A stretch of 64,000 bases of DNA from sequence record ON529850.1; one strand, written 5' to 3'. The notes under the pieces are model-generated. The model ran no database searches. It was not told the origin of the DNA and was given only the letters and a program-made list of their open reading frames with translations. Numbering within the stretch: position 1 is the first letter of the stretch; each line of letters begins with the position of its first letter. The translations under genes and the position numbers were made by a program. This document shows, one piece after another, positions 61,505 to 64,000 of this stretch.

Positions 61505-62739
61505 CGCACGCGCCCGGCCAGTTGAGCGATGCGGTTTTCGATCTCCTTGCGGCGGGTCTCGGCCGCCGCCAGACGTTCGGTCGTCTGGTGGTCGAAGCGA
61601 TCCAGCATGGAGCGGGTTTCTTCCTCCATCCGGGCGAACTGCGTCCGCTGGAAGGATTCGATCGCCTCGCGTTCCTTGGTGAGGTTGGCGAAGATGCGCG
61701 ATTCGCCTTCATCCAGCTCCTTCAGCGCCTGGCGCATGGTTTCCAGCTCCCGCGCGATCTCGCCGCCCGCCGCGTTGCGATCGGGGCCGTAGCCGTTGAG
61801 TTCGCGCAGTTCCGACACCCAGGCGGCCGGCACATTGAGTTGCTCCGCCAGCTTGCGGTCGCTCATGTCGCCCTGATAGCGTTCGCGATCCTCGTCGTAG
61901 TGCACGTCCAGGGCGTCGCGAATCATCCGCGATTCCTTGGACGAACGGGAACGCGGCGTCGCCGGGGCCTCGTAGAGATCGCGCACCGTTTCAGCGGTCG
62001 TCGCGACCGCCGCCGGCTGGACCGACTGCGTCTTCGGCGCCGGTTTGGCAGCAGGCTTGGCAGCCTTCTTGCTCTTGGGCGCATAGCACACCGGCTCCTT
62101 GCCTTCATGCTCCTTCTGAAGCTCCGTTCGACGGGCTTCCAGGCGAGCGATATGCTCTTCGTGGGTTTCCGTCGGTTGACGGCGCAGCACCGCGATCTGT
62201 TCTTCGGTCAGCGGCTTGTTCCAGCGCTTCTCCATCGAGCAGATGCCCGCCAGGCGCCCGCGCGCCGCGCACAGCTGCTTGTAGCGCACTTCCTTCGACA
62301 GCTCCGGCGTCGCCGCCGGCACCACCGAAAGGGCGGGCTTGGGCCGTTCCGCCGCCGCCGCCTTCAGGGAGGTGACGCTCTTGTCGACCTTGTCCTGGAC
62401 GCTCTTCGACTGGGCCTGCTTCAGGCGTTCTTCCATCAAGGTCGGTGCGGATGGCTTCATGGTCGGCGTATCCTTCAGTTTAGCGGCGCGAGCGGCCTTT
62501 TCGGTTGAACAGGAGGGGCAAAGGTCTTTGCGGCGGTTGTTCCGCATCTGCCAGCCCGACTGGCGGAAAATGCGTTGAGCCATCTCAGGCGCGAACGAGC
62601 CGCTGTTCTTGGGCGTCGGTATTTTCGCTTTCGCCGGACATCTGGAGCACTCGGCGACGACATGGTTGCGTCGGATGGTGTCGAGGGCGCCTTCCACCGG
62701 GAAGGAGGCGATTTTGAAGACTGCACGAGCGCTCGCCAT
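61501..62739 (-). CDS. multidomain protein: N-terminal Cys4 site, HTH, coiled-coil tail
   Basis: CSRC..CPSC; SDRKLAEQLNVPAAWVSELRE. Confidence 0.8.
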   Translation of the reverse strand: MASARAVFKIASFPVEGALDTIRRNHVVAECSRCPAKAKIPTPKNSGSFAPEMAQRIFRQSGWQMRNNRRKDLCPSCSTEKAARAAKLKDTPTMKPSAPTLMEERLKQAQSKSVQDKVDKSVTSLKAAAAERPKPALSVVPAATPELSKEVRYKQLCAARGRLAGICSMEKRWNKPLTEEQIAVLRRQPTETHEEHIARLEARRTELQKEHEGKEPVCYAPKSKKAAKPAAKPAPKTQSVQPAAVATTAETVRDLYEAPATPRSRSSKESRMIRDALDVHYDEDRERYQGDMSDRKLAEQLNVPAAWVSELRELNGYGPDRNAAGGEIARELETMRQALKELDEGESRIFANLTKEREAIESFQRTQFARMEEETRSMLDRFDHQTTERLAAAETRRKEIENRIAQLAGRVR

Positions 62740-63497
62740 CAGTCACGCTCCACGGCGACGTGGGTGAGGCGCCCTTGGGTCGAGAACGATGACGTGACCG
62801 TCCACCAGCCTTCGAGTTCCGGAAGTTCGGGGGCGGTGGACATATCCAGCTGCCCGAACCACCATAGGAGATCGCGCTGATGCTTGTTCAGCGTCATGGC
62901 GACTTCGCGATCCTCGAAATAGACCGTGACCGGCTGGGGATCGACGTCTTCCGTCGTTCGGGGGCTGTGCCCGAATCGCCCATCATACATTTCGATGGGC
63001 GGCCGCGCCCACCATCGGCCGTCTTCATCCCGGTAGATCACGACGTTGTCGCCGTCTTTCAGGGGGGTTTCGGTCTGGATGATTCCGGCGCCGTAGAGGC
63101 GGTAATCGCCCCCGCGCTTGATGTGGGTGCGCCTGGGGCGTGCATGGCTCTCCAGCATCATGCCCAGGCAGGCCTGGAGGGTGGAGAGCGTTTGGGCGGT
63201 GATCGCGATGTCGTCGTCGATCCAGCCGGTGTAGGCGTCCCCGGCGACGATCTTGTCCTGGGCGTATTGCTCGGCGTCATCCTGCGCGTTGCCGATCAGG
63301 TATCTGAGGACGACGACGTCGTCGGCGGTTCCCTGACGGAAGATCGTCAACAGCCGATCGAGGAGTTCTTGGTGAAGGGTGAGCTGCTTGCGAGCCTGGT
63401 CGCGCTGCTCAGCACTGTAGAGGTTTCCGTCCGCCTTGATGACCTGAGCAGCGCTCTCGATCTCGGCACGATGGTAGGCGATTACTGGGGCTAACAA
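62739..63497 (-). CDS. hypothetical protein with HIKRGGDY (DUF1653-like) segment
   Basis: TTG start, SD AAGGAGG; H.K.G..Y..VVIYR..WARP..MYDGRF. Confidence 0.75.
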   Translation of the reverse strand: MLAPVIAYHRAEIESAAQVIKADGNLYSAEQRDQARKQLTLHQELLDRLLTIFRQGTADDVVVLRYLIGNAQDDAEQYAQDKIVAGDAYTGWIDDDIAITAQTLSTLQACLGMMLESHARPRRTHIKRGGDYRLYGAGIIQTETPLKDGDNVVIYRDEDGRWWARPPIEMYDGRFGHSPRTTEDVDPQPVTVYFEDREVAMTLNKHQRDLLWWFGQLDMSTAPELPELEGWWTVTSSFSTQGRLTHVAVERD

Positions 63498-63524
63498 GGG
63501 GTCCTCCTTACTGTTGACGGCACT

Positions 63525-63551
63525 CGTAAAGGAACGAAATGCGTATGTCAA
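63525..63551 (-). promoter_or_regulatory. boxed phage promoter
   Basis: TTGACA-N9-CGTTCCTTTACG. Confidence 0.8.
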
Positions 63552-63554
63552 CGA

Positions 63555-63965
63555 TCATTGTATCGATGGTGCCGAAGGGGGTGATCGCGGGTCGATCGGA
63601 TGAGCGCGAAGCATGCCTATGGCTTGACGCCAGCGCGCGTCTCGGTGGACGTGGAAGCGCAGCTTCGCCGCCTCGATCTCGCGGTCCACAAGGTCGCTGG
63701 CGGGGAAACGCTCGCGCAGGGCTTCCACGTTTCGCACGCCGTCATCGAGAATCGATTCGGTGTCCTTCCAGACCTGATCGAACTTGTCCTTCAGGAACGC
63801 CATGCGGGCCTGACTGTTGGATCGGGTCAGGATCGTATGCAGCGGAATATGGGCCGGCTGAAGCCCAATGAGGCCGACTCCGCCCTTTTCGGACAGCTCG
63901 GTGAGCTCCACGAGGGTCACTTCACCAAATTCGCGCTCGACCAACGCCCAACGATGCTCGATCAT
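63555..63965 (-). CDS. hypothetical protein
   Basis: 136-aa ORF, ATGA overlap. Confidence 0.7.
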   Translation of the reverse strand: MIEHRWALVEREFGEVTLVELTELSEKGGVGLIGLQPAHIPLHTILTRSNSQARMAFLKDKFDQVWKDTESILDDGVRNVEALRERFPASDLVDREIEAAKLRFHVHRDARWRQAIGMLRAHPIDPRSPPSAPSIQ

Positions 63966-64000
63966 GCTCAGGCGCCCTGGATGTCGCGGCGATGGTCATC

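Noticed and set aside
252-63871. Many long ORFs in the six-frame track antisense to or overlapping called genes (e.g. 252..1454, 8062..8874, 20420..21325, 35245..36219, 61522..62508)
   Set aside because: Shadow ORFs expected in high-GC DNA; no SD, Arg/Pro/Ala-rich, and they overlap coupled genes with clearer motifs.
1-64000. CRISPR array or DGR/retron
   Set aside because: No regularly spaced repeat-spacer run and no reverse transcriptase or cas gene seen; the tri-hairpin repeats are dispersed, not arrayed.

Overview
The window reads as the accessory ('small gene') arm of a large, high-GC lytic phage. It holds about 150 short, tightly coupled ORFs in operons behind sigma70-like promoters, one tRNA-Arg(UCU), and no recognisable capsid, tail, terminase, polymerase or integrase gene. 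Recognisable enzymes: Nudix hydrolase, CYTH protein, Thg1-like tRNA 3'-5' polymerase, COG4339-type HD phosphohydrolase, phosphopantetheine adenylyltransferase (CoaD) and a PTH2-like peptidyl-tRNA hydrolase. Gene style and content suggest a phiCbK-like/jumbo phage of Caulobacteraceae; this is inference, not verified by search. The most unusual signals are non-coding. (1) An 8-copy dispersed ~60-70 bp element in which all 24 hairpin loops read C-GNA-G on one strand, with compensatory stem changes and a conserved tandem G.A motif, pointing to a folded single-stranded DNA signal. (2) A 15-copy promoter class TTGAC-N8/9-CRTTYCTTTACA. (3) About eight candidate small or large structured RNAs, most bounded by a promoter and terminator, including a tandem cluster at 25.3-26.3 kb; several display anti-Shine-Dalgarno or T-loop-like motifs. 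(4) A repeat-dense first 2.6 kb that may be a genome end, packaging or origin region. All family calls come from motif recognition by eye; no database search was run.
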